Source: Azolla caroliniana
Taxonomy: Eukaryota; Plantae; Polypodiophyta
Reading direction: 5' to 3'
Assembly: GCA_043228905.1 (NCBI GenBank)
Contig: JBHGNT010000016.1
Span: 10,912,001-10,976,000 of the forward strand
DNA length: 64,000 nt
The position numbers and the translations under genes are program-made. Shown here one piece after another: positions 60,806 to 64,000 of this stretch (positions within the stretch are counted from its first letter, which is position 1; each line of letters begins with the position of its first letter). The notes under the pieces were generated by a model. The model saw only the letters and a program-made list of their open reading frames with translations. It searched no databases and had not been told where the DNA came from.

Positions 60806-63800
60806 TGATCAGACAATTTGGTAAAAACACAGAAACGTAGAGATGGAGATGGAGATGGAGATGGAGAGGCAGAGAGAAAGAGAGAGAGAGAGCAGACAAC
60901 TCAGTTCTATTTCAAAATAATGACACTCTTTACATACTTCGTGGTCAGTGAGCACCTTTTATACAAGCCTTGACTATCGGATTGACACAGGTACTGACAT
61001 TACTTAACTGCTCATAAATGAGCCTACTACACTAACTCCCAAAATTATTCCTTACAAGGAATACCATACTAACGGCCTTTCGGTTTACGCACCGATACGA
61101 CCACGTTATGCGTACTATTTTACGCAGCCAGTCTACGCACTGTGTTACGCACCCAATGTTGAGCTTGTCACTCAACACTCCCCCTCAAGCTCAACTTGAA
61201 GTTCCACATGCACCCAGTCTACGCACTGGTTTACACAACCAACGTTGAGCTTATATCTCAACACTCCCCCTCAAGCTCAACTTGAGGTTCTGCCTGCTCT
61301 TCCGGATCTTTGCTCCGGCTTCTCCTGGCTTCACATCTTGCTCACGCTCCTTGACTCGTTCAATTCCAGGCGCTTCGACCCTTTCGGTCGGCTTGTCTGC
61401 TCATGTGGCCCTTCTCAGCTCCCTTGTTGTCGCGGTGTTGGCGCCTCTTCCGCTGCCCTTTCCTCTGCTTGGCCCTCAGTCAATTCGTAATATCTAAATC
61501 AAACATTTGGATTGAATTGGTCTCTTCTAATTCAATTCCACTTACATCCGAATTGGCTGTCTCCAATTCGTCTTCAGTCTTTCAGCCTTTGACAATGTCA
61601 GACCACGTCCTGGTCTTGGCCTTACCTCCCCCTGATTCGGCTGTCCTCGGCTCTTCCCTACGATTATGGTCCTTGCTCTCTTCATCAGCTTCTTCAGCCG
61701 GCCCGAAATTGAATTCTTCATCCAACTCCGCATCACGGTCACTTCCACTGCGATGATCACCTCTGCTCCTTTCACTCTCTTGTTCTTGTCTCCCCCTCAA
61801 GTTCGGCGTGTCGAGGTGACGCAACCCAAGCTGACCCGAGAAATGCCGCAACTTGTTGAGACCAAGAGGTTTGGTGAAGATGTCTGCAACCTGCTGATCC
61901 GTCAAAACATATGCTAGGTCGACTTCACCGGAAAGGACCCGCTCACGGACAAAATGGTTGTCCACCTCAATGTGCTTGGTCTGGGCATGGAATATAGGGT
62001 TTTTCGCAAGGTGGATACTGCTAAGGTTGTCGCAATAGATCATCCTCGGATCAGACACCTCCACGTGCAGATCCCGTAACAGTTGTTTCAGCCAAATGAC
62101 TTCGCACGTTGCAACAGTCGCCCCTCGATATTCGGCCTTTGTGCTCGACAGTGCTACTGTCAGTTGCTTCTTTTTGCTCCACGTGATCGTCGCACTTCCT
62201 AATGAGAAGGTGTATCCGGATGTGGATCTACGATCATTGGTGTTTCCGGCCCAATCGGCATCCGTGTGCAACCCATCAGTTCGGCTACACCTCCCCGATA
62301 CAACAATGCCATGTCTTTCATGCCGTTGACATATTGCAATATCCTTTGCGCGCATTGAAAGTGTTCGGCCGTAGGCTGCGACATAAACTGACTGATCAAT
62401 CCGACCAAGTAGCTAATCGTCAAATATATCAGGCTTTCGACAATCTGTCGAAACTGTGTCGAGTTGCATGCCTTTCTCGAATCTCGGCAAAGCTTTGCGT
62501 TTCTATCTAGAGGGGTCAAGATGGGCTTACAGTTTGCCATCCCGAACTTGAAGAGCATATTTAGTGCGTAATGACGACTGATCAATATGCCTTGGGGGCG
62601 CGGATCACTTCGATCCCGAGGAAGTAATGAAGGTCTCCAAGAAAGATCCTTCATTTCAAATGATGACGCAAGCTGAGACTTTACACGGCAGATTTCGTCC
62701 AGGGCGGCACTGGCGATGACTAAATCATCAACATACAGTAGAAGGCTAACCGGTCCATATTGACCTTGCCGAACAAATAGTGAAGAGTCTGATTTCGACG
62801 TCATAAATCCCATCCTACGCAACTGTTGCGAAATCTTCGTGTTCCAAGCTCTCGGGGCTTGCTTAAGTCCATAGAGTGACTTCTTCAGTCGGCAAACTGC
62901 CGAAGTGTTTCGTTCGGATAGAAATCCGGGGGGTTGTACCATGTACACGTTCTTTACATCCATCTGATGTAAGTACCACCCCTTTGCCACAGCTATGGCT
63001 AGCAGAACACACACGGTAGTCCACGTCATAGTCCACGCCGTGCTTCTGCGTATAGCCTTTCGCAACTAAACGGGCCTTGTATCGATTGACTGAGCTATCG
63101 GTATTGTATTTCACTTTATACACCCACCTACATCCAATCGACTTTACACCCTTTGGTGTGTCAACCAGGTCCCAAGTCTCATTATCAGTCAAAGCGTGCA
63201 TCTCTTCCTCCATCGCGACACGCCAGTTTGCGTCTTTCGCCGCTTCTACATAGCTCTCTGGCTCACGCACTTCTACCACTCGTGTCATGTACGCGTAATG
63301 GTGCGCCATGTACTCATTATACCCATATCTCTTTATGGGGTTCTTCAAGTGGGTAGATCGGCGTAATTCGTGATTACCCGATTTCACGACCTTTTCGGCT
63401 AATGTCAACCTCTTCCGTAGAGGTTCCTTTTTCAGTTTGCCCGTAGTCAGACTTGCTCTGATTTGACTTGGCATTATCAAAATTGTACTCCGACATCTTT
63501 TTCTTCCCTTTCTCCTTGCGCATAAACTGTCTCCTCAGTTCTTTACGCGAGGACATCACGGCTGAGTCTTCATTACTCGCCTTCTCTTCAATAGGTTGGC
63601 CATCTCGGCCCAACCCCTCATTCAACCCACTTAGCCGAAATGAGATCAGACTCTCTTAGAGCTCCGATGTCCTCATCATGCGGAGGCATCTCAACCTCGC
63701 TAACTTCTTCTTCAGAATTCGGAATGGGGTCATGAGGGGTAGTGGAGGGGAAGGCAAGTACCACAAAGCGGACTCGTAAAAACCGACATCTCGACTTACA

Positions 63801-64000
63801 CGCACTTCCTTTGTTCGGGGGTGATAACACTTATACCCTTTCTGCTCGTTTGGATAGCCGACTAAGACGCACTTTTTGATTTTGGCGTCTAGCTTCCTCC
63901 TCTTTTCGTTCGGCACATGCACATATGCAATGCTACTGAAAATCTTCAAGGGTGCCAAGTTCGGCTTCTTCCCGAAATACAATTGATGTGGCGACACTCC
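60806..64000 (-). mobile_element. Ty1/copia 3' portion (INT end, RT, RNase H, acidic extension, 3' LTR from 60806), continues off right edge
   Basis: [58 protein letters not shown]; PPT TTGAGGGGGAG followed by TGTTGAG. Confidence 0.93.

Overview
Eukaryotic land-plant DNA; the transposon lineages suggest a seed-free plant such as a fern or lycophyte (inference). The only host gene is the 5' part of a plastid-targeted 2-isopropylmalate synthase (five exons, minus strand, 1118-2758, continuing off the left edge). Everything from ~3.4 kb onward is a deeply nested transposon cluster: several Tcn1-like chromoviral Ty3/gypsy pieces, two degenerate copies of a tRNA-Trp-primed non-chromoviral Ty3/gypsy, a very young Gag-only derivative of that lineage with one intact ~673-aa ORF, several Ty1/copia remnants, two near-identical dead L1-type LINE copies, a probable DNA-transposon remnant with a convergent intron-containing second gene, a MAP-kinase retrocopy fragment and several minisatellites. 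The most unusual recurring signal is a tRNA-like (A-box/B-box) module in antisense orientation near the 5' end of LTRs from at least two gypsy lineages. Also visible are -1 frameshift/pseudoknot signals (gag/PR in the Tcn1-like elements; PR/RT in the Trp-primed element), a self-priming PBS, and 4-bp target-site duplications. Boundaries were read by eye and may be off by a few bases.
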